NCBI GenBank assembly: GCA_041666845.1
Contig: JBAYGC010000004.1
Coordinates: forward strand, 7,965 to 71,964
Source: Patescibacteria group bacterium
Lineage (GTDB): Bacteria; Patescibacteriota; Patescibacteriia; UM-FILTER-42-10
Length of the DNA: 64,000 bases
Direction: 5' to 3'
Part shown: in pieces, positions 1-9,729 of the stretch
Numbering within the stretch: position 1 is the first letter of the stretch
How the letters are laid out: each line of letters starts with the position of its first letter
Made by a program: the position numbers and the translations under genes
The notes under the pieces: model-generated
The model's input: the letters and a program-made list of their open reading frames with translations, nothing else
What the model was told of the DNA's origin: nothing
The model's database searches: none

Positions 1-539
1 TCATCCGCATCATTATTCCAAACACCGATACATGTATCCTGTTCTGCCGCATTGACGACTTTGGTTGTTCCACAACTTACAGGCACAATATCACCGTCTG
101 TTTTTTTTGTCAGCTCGGTATCAAAATCGCATTTCCTGGTTGCCTCCCCGCCAATCGTGAGATCATCAACAACCGGAATAACCAACGGCTGCAGTGAAAC
201 AATATTGGGGTTTATGAAATTTAAAATCATATAGGAAGTTAGCGCTAATACTAATCCAAATACTGCGCTCATTATTTGTTCCTTGGCACCGCTGATGATG
301 GAAGTATTACCGGCCGCGGTAATCCATTTGTATCCGGCAATAACCATCATTGCCGCCGCCAAAATCCCGGCTGAGGTGACAAAAAATTCATAAAAAATCC
401 TGATATACTCCCCCAAATCATCCACTGACTTCGTGTCCCCAATCGGGATATTCAGCGGTATCGGTGCGGCAGAAACGACCAGTGGGAAAAATATTATACC
501 CAATGAAACGATAAATATTTTGAGAAATGACTTATTCAT
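1..539 (-). CDS. TrbC/VirB2-like pilin-domain membrane protein (3' end runs off window)
   Basis: Not in ORF track; manual translation MNKSFLKIFIVSLGIIFFPLVVSAAPIPLNIPIG...GEYIRIFYEFFVTSAGILAAAMMVIAGYKWITAAGN...AKEQIMSAVFGLVLALTSYMILNFINP, the typical CPR T4SS-pilin pattern. Confidence 0.8.
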   Translation of the reverse strand, partial: MNKSFLKIFIVSLGIIFFPLVVSAAPIPLNIPIGDTKSVDDLGEYIRIFYEFFVTSAGILAAAMMVIAGYKWITAAGNTSIISGAKEQIMSAVFGLVLALTSYMILNFINPNIVSLQPLVIPVVDDLTIGGEATRKCDFDTELTKKTDGDIVPVSCGTTKVVNAAEQDTCIGVWNNDAD

Positions 540-563
540 AATACTATAGTCAATAATTTTGAA

Positions 564-1724
564 TTATCTTTTTCTTTTACCTTTACCAATTTGTTTTTCA
601 ACTTCATTAAGCTTTTTTTTACGTTCATTGTTCTCCCTGACCGCTTTTATCCAGACATATAGTACAGTGATCGACCAGGTTGGTACCAAATCAAGAGTTG
701 GAATTATTTCAATAAGAGCAGCGATCCATAATAGTAATTTGATTTTCCATGTACTTCTGAATAATAGAAATATTCTAAGTGTAATTACCAAGAATATATC
801 AACAGTCCAGTCAACCCATGATAACAAGCTGAGCGTCAAAATGTCAGTCGCATCTTTAATTACCGCAAACAATAACGCAATAAAATAAGTTGAATCGCGG
901 TGATTATTAATTTGCTGTCTTAATCTAATACCAGTCTTTAATGCTTCAACAATTGCTTTTGGAAGAGAACCGCTTTCAGCAACATTAGCCAGTGATTCTA
1001 GGTTATTTTTTGTGATTTCGAAAGCGCTATCTTTTTCCTTTTCATTTTTTGATTCATTTCTCTGCTCGTCCAGTTGTTGTTCAGTATCATTTTCCTCTCC
1101 TTCTGAAATATTCAGTGGCTGTTCATCACCCTCGCCATCCTCTTCGTTTTCATCTGAATTTTCTTGATCGGACGGAATATTATCCAAATTTCTTTGACCG
1201 CTCAATCCGTTGCTGTATTCAGGGATTATCTGACCTGTCCTGGCCGGATTGTTTTGTCTTCTAATCTTTGACCTTCGCATCAGCCGATTCGCTCTCGATT
1301 GCTGTTCTTCATTAATGTCTTCCGGTAAAGCATTAGCGGGTAATTCTTGCACAGGAGAACCGAGATTGACTATTCCACGCGATACCTGTCTTTTCTTTTG
1401 ATACTCCTTTTTTTTGTTATTCAGTTCTCTTTTCCTGTCTTTTTCCGTCACCGCCTCTCTTGTATCTCCTCCACCCACTTGAGGCAGATCAGGTACCATG
1501 TCAGACGACTGGTCAGTATCCCTGATAATTACTTTAATTTTCGTTCCACCGTCATCAGTCGGCTGCGTACTGGCTGAAAATCCTTCTGAAGAAGCGGTAG
1601 AAGCCCCTGGTTGATTTACTGGATTTTGTGAAGAACTTGCCCCAGCATCCGCTGATTGGTCAGCATTATCAGCATTTACTTTAATATTATTTTCAGTGTC
1701 TTTAACTGTCTCAGATCTTTCCAT
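564..1724 (-). CDS. Hypothetical protein, long acidic/disordered N-terminus plus C-terminal membrane segments
   Basis: 386-aa ORF co-oriented with T4SS genes; C-terminal hydrophobic IEIIPTLDLVPTWSITV segment. Confidence 0.75.
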   Translation of the reverse strand: MERSETVKDTENNIKVNADNADQSADAGASSSQNPVNQPGASTASSEGFSASTQPTDDGGTKIKVIIRDTDQSSDMVPDLPQVGGGDTREAVTEKDRKRELNNKKKEYQKKRQVSRGIVNLGSPVQELPANALPEDINEEQQSRANRLMRRSKIRRQNNPARTGQIIPEYSNGLSGQRNLDNIPSDQENSDENEEDGEGDEQPLNISEGEENDTEQQLDEQRNESKNEKEKDSAFEITKNNLESLANVAESGSLPKAIVEALKTGIRLRQQINNHRDSTYFIALLFAVIKDATDILTLSLLSWVDWTVDIFLVITLRIFLLFRSTWKIKLLLWIAALIEIIPTLDLVPTWSITVLYVWIKAVRENNERKKKLNEVEKQIGKGKRKR

Positions 1725-1747
1725 TTTTTTACACTAGATTAACTTAA

Positions 1748-2377
1748 TTACAGCCAGTCTGCCTCATTGACCTTCCATTCATTATTTTCTAAAATAAATT
1801 TCAATTTTATATTCTGGTAAATTATTTCTGAATCCTCATTTAATTTTGTCTGATTCCGTTGTGTCGATACTGTGAACTCCGCCTTGCCGGCGTCTTCATT
1901 TATCAAATCAGTCGTAATACTGAGCGCCCTAGTGGTTACGCCGTAATACGCGTCATCAGGGCTGGTTTTTGCCTGTTGCTCTGCCACATAATTTTCCGCC
2001 CACTTTTTTAAACTGGTCGACATGTATATTCCAAGCTTTGTAATATTCTCAAAGTTGCTGTCGGAAGAATAACTGCCGAATCTCTCGGCAAAGTTCCGCG
2101 CAATCGGCTTCAACAACGTTTCTACGCTGGCGTTAACGTCTGAAGTTGGGCTGTTTGTATTGGAAGGTGCGCTGTTTGAATTGGCATTACCGTTCGTATT
2201 TACAGCTTGGTTAGTATTAGCATTACTATTGGTTGTTGCGTTGATGTTTGTTGCCGAGTTGGTATTTGTCCCGTCTATGCGCTCTTTGGTAAAATAGACA
2301 ACGGCAAATATGACAATAGTAGCCACTATAATTAGTGACATTAATACAATTAACACTAATTTTAACTTTTTATTCAT
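1748..2377 (-). CDS. Membrane-anchored protein, possible VirB8/TcpC-like NTF2 fold
   Basis: N-terminal TM, Asn/Thr linker, ARNFAERFGSYS...WKV domain; adjacent to VirB4. Confidence 0.55.
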   Translation of the reverse strand: MNKKLKLVLIVLMSLIIVATIVIFAVVYFTKERIDGTNTNSATNINATTNSNANTNQAVNTNGNANSNSAPSNTNSPTSDVNASVETLLKPIARNFAERFGSYSSDSNFENITKLGIYMSTSLKKWAENYVAEQQAKTSPDDAYYGVTTRALSITTDLINEDAGKAEFTVSTQRNQTKLNEDSEIIYQNIKLKFILENNEWKVNEADWL

Positions 2378-2396
2378 ACGGGTATTGATTTAAAAA

Positions 2397-4292
2397 TTAT
2401 GATTCTGTTTGGTTTGCCATTTCCGCTTCAAACTCTTTTTTGGCATCTTCAATTTCCAGAAGCTGACGCGGATCGGATGTAATCAGCTGGTCTTCAGTAT
2501 ATGAAGCGACAATTTTTATTGCTGCGTGTTTTGCGCCCGCAAAAAATATACCTTCGCCTAAACCTGATTCAATCAATAAATATTTTTCTCCTTCCGTCAG
2601 CATAAAAGTGTTTACCAGGAGATCAATGCCGGCCGGTGATTGTTTCAACAGAAGCTGCAGAGATGAGTTGGTAACAATCGCCTGCCCATACGGAGAGCGC
2701 AAAAAGTCATTAACATCCTGCGTGATTGTCGTGACTCCGAGGTAGTACTTACGGCAGCGTTTTACCAGCGCATAAATAAACTTCGCCGAATCTTCATTCT
2801 GCATCAGCCACCAGGCTTCATCAATAACCAGCACCCTTTTTTTCACTTCGGAACGGACAATATTCCAGATATAGTTAATAATCGTGTAGATTCCGATCGG
2901 TCGCAACTCATCCTCCAAATCGCGGACGCTGAATACCACTAGCTGATTCTGTGTATCAATATTGGTCGGGCTGTTAAACAACCCGGCAAACGTACCTTTG
3001 GTATATTTTTTCAATCTTTCCGACAAATCCGCTCCGCCTTCCATGCCCAATAATATGTCTTCAAAATCCTGCATGATCGGCGCCTCAATCTTGGTCAAAT
3101 CCGATTCTGCGGATATATCCTTCTTCGCATAGGTTTCGATCAAAGCACGGTCTACTAATGAGTCTTCAGCATGTGTCAGATCACCGAGCATTAACCGCAC
3201 CAAACCTTTAAGGGTAATTACCGCCGAACGAATGATATCCGCCGGTTTATCCCTGCCCGAAACCGGACGTGGCAGGTCAAACGGATTAATCTTGCTTTCG
3301 GAGTTCAATGAGATATCAATATAAGCACCGCCTACTGCATCGCTTAAATGTTTATACTCCATTTCCGGATCGATAATAATAACCTCCGTACCAAGCATTA
3401 AGCTTCTGAGTACCTCCAGTTTAACCGCGTAGCTTTTTCCGGCACCGGAAGTGGCAAATACGACCGTATTGGCGTTTTGCAGACTGAAGCGATCAAACAG
3501 GATTAAACTATTATTATGTCGATTGACACCGTACAAGATGCCATTGTCTGATGTAAGTTCGGAAGAAATGAAAGGAAAGGATGAGGCACAAGGGGATGTA
3601 TTCATATTAAATGTGATATACAACTCGTCATTACCGATCGGCAAAGTTGAATTGAACCCCTGTTCCGACTGGAACAAAACGCGCTTGGAATAAACAAGTT
3701 TGGAACCGAAGATGGACTCGATCCTTTCCGTAATCCTGTCGAGTTCCTTTGTATCGTCCGCATAGGCAGATATATATAAAGCATATTGAAAGAATTTTTC
3801 CGTGCCTTGGGTTATTTCATCCCGGAGCATTTCAATATCTTTCAATGCAGTCTCTCTTAGGGGATCACGCGGAGCGCCTTTTTCCGCATCAGAAAGTATC
3901 TGCGCTTCCAGGGCACCGACTTTGTTCTTTAACTGTTTCAGGATTGCCTCGGGTTTTACCGGGTAAAAATACATGGCGATATCCATCGGAATATTCAGAT
4001 TGATCACCGGAGCAAACCAGCCAACGCTGATATATCTGGGGTAAGTAACTACAAAGACAGTACTGACAAATTTGGTGCCGAGCTGGACATAACGCGCATC
4101 AACCTTAAACGCTGAAGGGGCTATTAAATCACGGACTGAAACCACACCGCGCTGGAAAGACCTTTCCGCTTCAAGAATTTCTTTTTCTTCCTGAGCGAGT
4201 GTCCTTTCGCGTTCAGCTTGCTTCAAGGAAGACGCTTCCTTTTTTGCCTCTTCTTCGTCTTTGATATCCGCCTTTTTGAATAGTTGAACCAT
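2397..4292 (-). CDS. virB4: VirB4-like type IV secretion ATPase
   Basis: Walker A ATSGAGKS, IIDPEMEY, INPFD, Walker B VIDEAW, RKY...TQ motifs. Confidence 0.92.
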   Translation of the reverse strand: MVQLFKKADIKDEEEAKKEASSLKQAERERTLAQEEKEILEAERSFQRGVVSVRDLIAPSAFKVDARYVQLGTKFVSTVFVVTYPRYISVGWFAPVINLNIPMDIAMYFYPVKPEAILKQLKNKVGALEAQILSDAEKGAPRDPLRETALKDIEMLRDEITQGTEKFFQYALYISAYADDTKELDRITERIESIFGSKLVYSKRVLFQSEQGFNSTLPIGNDELYITFNMNTSPCASSFPFISSELTSDNGILYGVNRHNNSLILFDRFSLQNANTVVFATSGAGKSYAVKLEVLRSLMLGTEVIIIDPEMEYKHLSDAVGGAYIDISLNSESKINPFDLPRPVSGRDKPADIIRSAVITLKGLVRLMLGDLTHAEDSLVDRALIETYAKKDISAESDLTKIEAPIMQDFEDILLGMEGGADLSERLKKYTKGTFAGLFNSPTNIDTQNQLVVFSVRDLEDELRPIGIYTIINYIWNIVRSEVKKRVLVIDEAWWLMQNEDSAKFIYALVKRCRKYYLGVTTITQDVNDFLRSPYGQAIVTNSSLQLLLKQSPAGIDLLVNTFMLTEGEKYLLIESGLGEGIFFAGAKHAAIKIVASYTEDQLITSDPRQLLEIEDAKKEFEAEMANQTES

Positions 4293-4303
4293 ATTTTTCC
4301 TTT

Positions 4304-5017
4304 TTATTTTTTATCGTCCTCTTCCATTGAACTAGAATCTTCTTCCACCTGAAGCTTATCCAAATCAACTAACTGCTCCTGGCTAAAAACTTCTGGATTA
4401 TATGTATTGTAGAAAAGCTCTATGATACTCTGGGTATCCAGCTGTACGGATTTCAATCCGATTGAAGATAGACCGTCAGTCACATAATCCACCCTTTTGA
4501 ACAGTTCGGTCCGATATTTATCAAACTTTTTACGTTTTAAATGAATGACTGATGTTGGTGATAATACCTCCTTCAATCTGGCAAAATATTTTTTTTGTTT
4601 ATCCGAAATCGGTGAATATGGAACAATAACATAAAATCTCTTGCTCATAATATCCGCGATCTCCACCAGCTCTTTAATGTATTGCTGATACTCCGCCGTC
4701 TGCATCCTGAGCAGTTCATTGGACTGCTCTTTTTCTACTTTCTTCAGCCGGTCCAGGTATTCTTCAATATTCAATTTCCTGGATTGAATTACAATTTGAA
4801 TGGAAAAATCAAACGAATTAAGAAACTGGGTATAGCCCTGAATAACAGCCACCTGCTCATCTTCCGATTTCAATGCGAAATTGATAGAAGAAACCAAAAT
4901 AATCGCCCTTAGGGTTCCATCTTTCATCGCAACTACGTTATCTTTAATCTCCAAAATATCGAGATGACTCTGTGTGGAAGCTTTTGGTTTTTGTCCTGCT
5001 AGCTGGTTAGAATGCAT
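4304..5017 (-). CDS. TraC-like / VirB4-associated protein
   Basis: LEIKDNVV..KDG..RAIILVSSINFALKSEDEQ pattern; lies between PrgI and VirB4. Confidence 0.8.
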   Translation of the reverse strand: MHSNQLAGQKPKASTQSHLDILEIKDNVVAMKDGTLRAIILVSSINFALKSEDEQVAVIQGYTQFLNSFDFSIQIVIQSRKLNIEEYLDRLKKVEKEQSNELLRMQTAEYQQYIKELVEIADIMSKRFYVIVPYSPISDKQKKYFARLKEVLSPTSVIHLKRKKFDKYRTELFKRVDYVTDGLSSIGLKSVQLDTQSIIELFYNTYNPEVFSQEQLVDLDKLQVEEDSSSMEEDDKK

Positions 5018-5037
5018 ATTTGTTTTATTATTTAAGC

Positions 5038-5475
5038 TTAAAAAACGCTGTCCTCATCTTCTTCTTTAAACGCCCCGCCGGTATCAACCACTAGGGATAA
5101 GCGGGTCAATTTTGAATTCGTTACAACCATCTTAGGCGGAACAACCGCTACGGTTTTGATCGGACCTTTATGAACAGATAACCCCTTTTCTTGGACTACT
5201 GTTTTATTCCAAATCTTAATTTTCGGTTTTCTGATAGTGTATACAATATTCAAAATAAAATAGTGGAACGCTTGTCCGTTAATTCTCGCGAAGGCAACAA
5301 TACCGGCAAATCCAAACGTGAATAAAGCAATAAATATAAACAGTACAAAACCGAAAATCTTATATTCGATGAAGATAATACCAAACGCAATCAGGAAAAT
5401 TACAAACTGTCTGACCGAAATAGGTCCGATGATTTTGTCCTCAACTTCGATAAACTGTGGCACCACAAAACGCAT
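5038..5475 (-). CDS. PrgI-family (VirB3-like) membrane protein
   Basis: MRFVVPQFIEVEDKIIGPISVRQF followed by two TM helices. Confidence 0.85.
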   Translation of the reverse strand: MRFVVPQFIEVEDKIIGPISVRQFVIFLIAFGIIFIEYKIFGFVLFIFIALFTFGFAGIVAFARINGQAFHYFILNIVYTIRKPKIKIWNKTVVQEKGLSVHKGPIKTVAVVPPKMVVTNSKLTRLSLVVDTGGAFKEEDEDSVF

Positions 5476-5480
5476 ATAGG

Positions 5481-6875
5481 CTAAAATCTTAATTGCTTAT
5501 TTAAATCACCCACCGCTTCAAATTCTTCATCCGTCAAATATGAACGGCCGTCTATTTTTCTGCTGGAAATCACTTCCTGTACCGACTTTCCTTTGTTCAT
5601 GCCCTCATTGCCGATATCAAGATAGATTTGATAGATTTCCGATTTTTTCCACGCCTGGATCGCTTCTGATTTCTTGGTAAATGATTCCTCCTCCAGTAAA
5701 TCAACCTTCTCCTTTATCTTTTCTATCGCCTGGTGGGGATTTCCTCCTAAGCGACGAAAATCAACCAAATTCAAACTTCTGATTTCCTCAATCGGCCCCA
5801 TCAATCTTGTTGGTGTTTTAATATCTACAATCTTCGGCCGGGCATCAAATTCCGGCAATGGCCGCTGGATTCTCGGCAGGATCGGAATTCTTCTTTCTAC
5901 CACAGGGACAACCGGAGTAACCGGCTGGCTAGATTTTGTTTTTATTTCATTTTCCAGTTCACTTTTATTTTGCTGATGTAAATTGAGCACCGCTTTTTTT
6001 ATCTGTTCATTGGCAACTGCTTTTCTCATCCTCTCCTGCTGCTCTTTCTCTTTTTCCGCCTCCTGCATTTTCATCCTTTGCCTCATTTCGATTTTCTTAA
6101 TCTCCCCTTCATCATGAAAACTCATTGCTTTTTCCGCAGTTATTTTTACTATCTGTTCAACTGTTGCCGGATCAAGTTCCAAACCACCGACTTTTTTTGA
6201 ACGAACCAACAATTCTCTCAGCTGAACGGATGTCCGGATATCCCGCAAACGCGATGTAATAAGACTTTCAAATCTTTTTTGCATCAGCTCATCGGAAAAA
6301 CTGACCCCAGCCTGAACTGCAATTTCTTTAACAACCGTACCATAATCAATCGCCCTGGCGGCTGATGATACTTCTTCGTTATGCATCCTTTTTACCTCTT
6401 CCTCATCCTCGACATCAAAGTAGAAACTGGCATTTACCCCTTTACCAGGGATCATTCTGCTGGCTAGCCCGGGCTTTAATTGGGAAGCCGTAATCTGCTG
6501 GACACCCTCTTGCTTTTCAGAAGCTGGTATGACCATCTTTACGTTCACCGGTTCTTGTTTTGGGACTGCCTGGGAAAAAGGAGCAGATTTCACCGTAGAA
6601 ATTGGAATTTTTTTTGTTGCTAATTGGGCAACCGCCTTTTGGATAACAGAAGGATCTATCGCGGCCGGCTTCGGGACACGGGCAGTATTTACCGGAGCAA
6701 CAACTGTATTTTCTTCGCCTAATAGTTTAGCACCATTAACATAGCTGAACTGACCTTTTTGGTCCTTAATCAAAATCCTGGCGCCTTTTAATATTTCCTT
6801 TTCCTCATTATCCTTTTTGCCGCTCGCAACATTCAAAGATATTGAGGGGTTACTTTTGTTTTTTTGATCCTCCAT
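5481..6875 (-). CDS. Hypothetical protein upstream of PrgI
   Basis: 464-aa ORF tightly packed in the T4SS-like operon. Confidence 0.75.
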   Translation of the reverse strand: MEDQKNKSNPSISLNVASGKKDNEEKEILKGARILIKDQKGQFSYVNGAKLLGEENTVVAPVNTARVPKPAAIDPSVIQKAVAQLATKKIPISTVKSAPFSQAVPKQEPVNVKMVIPASEKQEGVQQITASQLKPGLASRMIPGKGVNASFYFDVEDEEEVKRMHNEEVSSAARAIDYGTVVKEIAVQAGVSFSDELMQKRFESLITSRLRDIRTSVQLRELLVRSKKVGGLELDPATVEQIVKITAEKAMSFHDEGEIKKIEMRQRMKMQEAEKEKEQQERMRKAVANEQIKKAVLNLHQQNKSELENEIKTKSSQPVTPVVPVVERRIPILPRIQRPLPEFDARPKIVDIKTPTRLMGPIEEIRSLNLVDFRRLGGNPHQAIEKIKEKVDLLEEESFTKKSEAIQAWKKSEIYQIYLDIGNEGMNKGKSVQEVISSRKIDGRSYLTDEEFEAVGDLNKQLRF

Positions 6876-6876
6876 T

Positions 6877-7824
6877 TTATTTCAGTGTTGTTATTGGTCT
6901 TGACTGCGTAATATATATTTTATTTTTTTCTATCGCCCATTCAATATCCTGCGGATGCCGATAATGCTTTTCAATTGCTTCACAAACTGTTGCCAGCTTG
7001 ACGATTTGTTTGCCCGTAAGTTTCTGCCGCTCTTGTATTGCCTTTGGCACCTTAACTTTTTTTATTCCCTTAGTTCCGGCCTGGACAATCATTTCTTTTT
7101 GCTCGGAAATATTGACATCCAGGATTGCTTTCTCTTTTTTATCAAATACATACGTATCCGGTGTAATCTGTCCTGAAACTATCGCTTCACCTTGGCCATA
7201 ACCCGCTTCAATCACCATTTGATTCCGGTCATTAGTTACCGGATGGGCCGTAAAGGTGACACCGGACACTTCGGAATTAACCATTTTTTGCACCACCACC
7301 CCCACACTGACTTTGGTTTTATGCAGTTTCTTTTCAAAACGATAGAATATAGCACGCGGAGTAAATAATGAAGACCAGCATTTGCGCACAGCATCAGTCA
7401 AATTGGCACAAGTTACAAACAAATATGTTTCCAATTCCCCTGCCCAGGAAGCCACTGAGGAATCCTCTGCCGTTGCTGAGGAACGGACAGCAACGTATTT
7501 GGTCTTCAATTTGTTAAAGGATGTTATAACTTCCTTTGTAATATCTTCGGGAACGGTGAAATCATGAATCAAGTCCCGAATAGTATTGGATACCCGATCC
7601 ACACTGTTAATGTCATTCAGATTGACTTTCTTTAACAGTGCATCTATCTCAACATCCAGATCGGTTTCCGCTAAGAAACGCTCAAAAGTGCTGGAAAGTA
7701 TTACAAATCCAGGCGGAACTGGCATTTTTACCCTGGTCATCTCCCCCAGTTGTGCGCCTTTCCCTCCTGCTTCCGCTACACTCTTTCTATTTAATTGCGA
7801 AAAAGTTTTGGTAAATTTTGCCAT
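6877..7824 (-). CDS. Stand-alone PEP/pyruvate-binding (PPDK_N, ATP-grasp) domain protein
   Basis: GGKG, VPPGF, VAVRSSATAEDS..SWAG, CWSSLF, VVQKMV, GEAIVSG, PQDIEWA, QSRPIT; stops immediately afterwards, so no His-swivel or C-terminal barrel. Confidence 0.92.
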   Translation of the reverse strand: MAKFTKTFSQLNRKSVAEAGGKGAQLGEMTRVKMPVPPGFVILSSTFERFLAETDLDVEIDALLKKVNLNDINSVDRVSNTIRDLIHDFTVPEDITKEVITSFNKLKTKYVAVRSSATAEDSSVASWAGELETYLFVTCANLTDAVRKCWSSLFTPRAIFYRFEKKLHKTKVSVGVVVQKMVNSEVSGVTFTAHPVTNDRNQMVIEAGYGQGEAIVSGQITPDTYVFDKKEKAILDVNISEQKEMIVQAGTKGIKKVKVPKAIQERQKLTGKQIVKLATVCEAIEKHYRHPQDIEWAIEKNKIYITQSRPITTLK

Positions 7825-7838
7825 GAAAAATCTTTTAT

Positions 7839-7867
7839 ATTATAGCATAACTCATAATAATTCACAA
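7839..7867 (-). promoter_or_regulatory. Putative sigma70 promoter for PPDK_N and downstream T4SS genes
   Basis: Minus strand TTGTGA-17-TATAAT with extended -10 (TGc). Confidence 0.55.
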
Positions 7868-7960
7868 CATTACATACAGGCGCAATTACACCCCGCCTGC
7901 CTACGACCGAAGCCGTAGGCTACTGGCGGGCAGGAATCGCGCCTGTTCCCTGGCCATTGA

Positions 7961-7988
7961 CCCCGTTAGAGCATTTGCTCTAACGGGG
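7961..7988. repeat. 28-bp palindromic mini-element flanked by TTGA direct repeats
   Basis: ccccgttagagca-tt-tgctctaacgggg; ttga at 7957-7960 and 7989-7992; absent from the paralogous site near 12381. Confidence 0.75.
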
Positions 7989-8017
7989 TTGACAAATCTA
8001 CAAAAAAGGTATATAAT
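7989..8017 (+). promoter_or_regulatory. Consensus sigma70 promoter
   Basis: TTGACA-17 nt-TATAAT. Confidence 0.85.
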
Positions 8018-8213
8018 CCTGTGTTAATTAACCTACTAAAAGCAGGTCTAAGGCAGGCAGTTTTATTGGATTGCGTTAGTCAAATAAAATAGCGTGCTTT
8101 TGCACATGATTGCCCATTCGAAAACAATTGAGGAGTAATCCTCATAACAATACATTCACTACGTGAAGACGTGGTGAAGCAGGAGTATCCACTCCCCAGC
8201 CAAGGAGTTCGTG
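8018..8213 (+). ncRNA. Candidate structured 5' leader / ncRNA (copy 1)
   Basis: Serial hairpins conserved with copy 2, including a compensatory A-U to G-C change in the 8155-8178 stem. Confidence 0.5.
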
Positions 8214-8867
8214 ATGGAACAGTTAGTTTCGCAGATCCTGGCCTGGATCCCCGTAGGTGCCACCCGCGTCTCTCTGCTCGGCCGGCATTCGCTGTCCGTG
8301 CAGATCGGACCGAACGATTCCCGCACGCTCTCGCCCAAGGGCATCAAGCTCTGCCACGAGGTGAGCGACTTCTACAACCGACTCGTCCGCGAACTGGAAA
8401 TACGCTTCGGTGGCAGTGCTGTTTGTTTCCGGTCCGAGATGGCGCGTTCGTTCTCGACCGTCTGGGAGATCTTGAATCCCGACCACATCATCTGCGACCC
8501 GCGCCTCAACCTGCTGGCCAGCCTGAAGAAGATCCAGGGTGGCGAATGGTACAGGAGACGGAAGATCGCTGGAAGATCCGACGTGGCGATCATTTCCGAT
8601 TTTCTAGCGGCCGATCTCAGTGTCGGCGAAGACCAGCCGTTCGGAGAAAATGCCTTGAACTATCGGGAGTGGGCTACCGAACTGGATAATGACACCCGCG
8701 TACGAATCACCTTCGCACACGAGGTGGCCTGTTCCCTGGCGGCCCACCCTTATCTCGACTCCGATGTCGAACCCGGCCTGTCCGAATGCCAGGCTTACCT
8801 GTTCTGTGTGGACGACGCGGGCAATGTCCTACACGTGATCAAGGTCACCCCTCCGGCTACCCTGTAG
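8214..8867 (+). CDS. GC-rich hypothetical protein (paralog A)
   Basis: AAGGAG RBS, promoter and terminator; clear paralog at 12600-13247. Confidence 0.75.
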   Translation: MEQLVSQILAWIPVGATRVSLLGRHSLSVQIGPNDSRTLSPKGIKLCHEVSDFYNRLVRELEIRFGGSAVCFRSEMARSFSTVWEILNPDHIICDPRLNLLASLKKIQGGEWYRRRKIAGRSDVAIISDFLAADLSVGEDQPFGENALNYREWATELDNDTRVRITFAHEVACSLAAHPYLDSDVEPGLSECQAYLFCVDDAGNVLHVIKVTPPATL

Positions 8868-8893
8868 CCAACTCGCTCATTCCTCGCTTTTCG

Positions 8894-8935
8894 AAAGGTT
8901 CCCATTCACTCTCACGAATGCTCGGAGCCTTTTTT
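8894..8935 (+). terminator. Rho-independent terminator
   Basis: aaaggttcc-cattc...gaatg-ctc-ggagcc followed by T-run. Confidence 0.7.
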
Positions 8936-8992
8936 CTTTGGTAAGAAACACCCGCAAGCGCGAATTGCATTTACTATTCAAAAAAATAATGG

Positions 8993-9021
8993 TTGATTTT
9001 TTTGTCCAGATGTGTTACAAT
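8993..9021 (+). promoter_or_regulatory. Putative sigma70 promoter of the two-component operon
   Basis: TTGATT-17-TACAAT with TGn extension. Confidence 0.5.
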
Positions 9022-9042
9022 AAGCATATTAATCACCCAAAC

Positions 9043-9366
9043 ATGAATATCGAAATAATCCGTAATGTAATACTGGCAATCGGTTGGCCAGTTTTATTTG
9101 TTTTCAGTCTTTACATATTTTTGATTGGTAAAAAGGTTTATTCCGTGATCAAGGGTTCTTTGGTCGGGAAAATTACCAAAGTGCTAATATATTCAATGCT
9201 GATTGAGATGTACAGTCTGGGCATCGTCAGTACGATGTATCTTTTTGAGAATGCTAAAGGAGTATATGTCGTCCTGCCCGTATTTATTGTCTGGGGTTTT
9301 GTCTTTGCCTGGAGCATTAACACAATTAAAAAATCGAGTGATTTAACCAATAATATTACAAAATAA
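9043..9366 (+). CDS. Small 3-TM membrane protein (paralog 1)
   Basis: Start re-set to MNIEIIRN by alignment with the next gene. Confidence 0.75.
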   Translation: MNIEIIRNVILAIGWPVLFVFSLYIFLIGKKVYSVIKGSLVGKITKVLIYSMLIEMYSLGIVSTMYLFENAKGVYVVLPVFIVWGFVFAWSINTIKKSSDLTNNITK

Positions 9367-9381
9367 TTAACTAATAAATTT

Positions 9382-9708
9382 ATGTCGCTAGAACTTATGA
9401 GAAATACTATATTATTCATTGGATGGCCGATATTGATCGGCGGCTCAATCTACATTTTTGTCAAAGGCAGGAGCGTTTACCAACTGGTCAAAGGATCGTT
9501 GGTCGGTAAAATAACCAAAGTTCTGGTTTATACCATGCTGGTTGAGATGTATTCACTGGGAATTGTCAGTACCGCTTATATGTTTGAAAATGCCAAAGGA
9601 GTTTACTGGGTACTGCCGGTATTTACCGGGTGGTTCATTACTTTTGTTTGGTCACTGAAAACACTAAAATCTGCTGGCGAGGAAGCCAAAAAAATTACCC
9701 AAGGATAA
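9382..9708 (+). CDS. Small 3-TM membrane protein (paralog 2)
   Basis: Shares GSLVGKITKVL.Y.ML.EMYSLGIVST with the preceding gene. Confidence 0.8.
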   Translation: MSLELMRNTILFIGWPILIGGSIYIFVKGRSVYQLVKGSLVGKITKVLVYTMLVEMYSLGIVSTAYMFENAKGVYWVLPVFTGWFITFVWSLKTLKSAGEEAKKITQG

Positions 9709-9729
9709 AAAATTATTAACGTTAAAAAA

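Noticed and set aside
2397-5475. Conjugative element (ICE) interpretation of virB4/prgI
   Set aside because: No relaxase, coupling protein or integrase in the window; the gene set matches the chromosomal CPR T4SS-like locus.
8159-8689. Multiple overlapping ORFs in the GC-rich segments (also 12455-13127 and 33694-34586)
   Set aside because: Expected from stop-codon scarcity in GC-rich DNA; only the RBS-preceded frame conserved between paralogs is supported.
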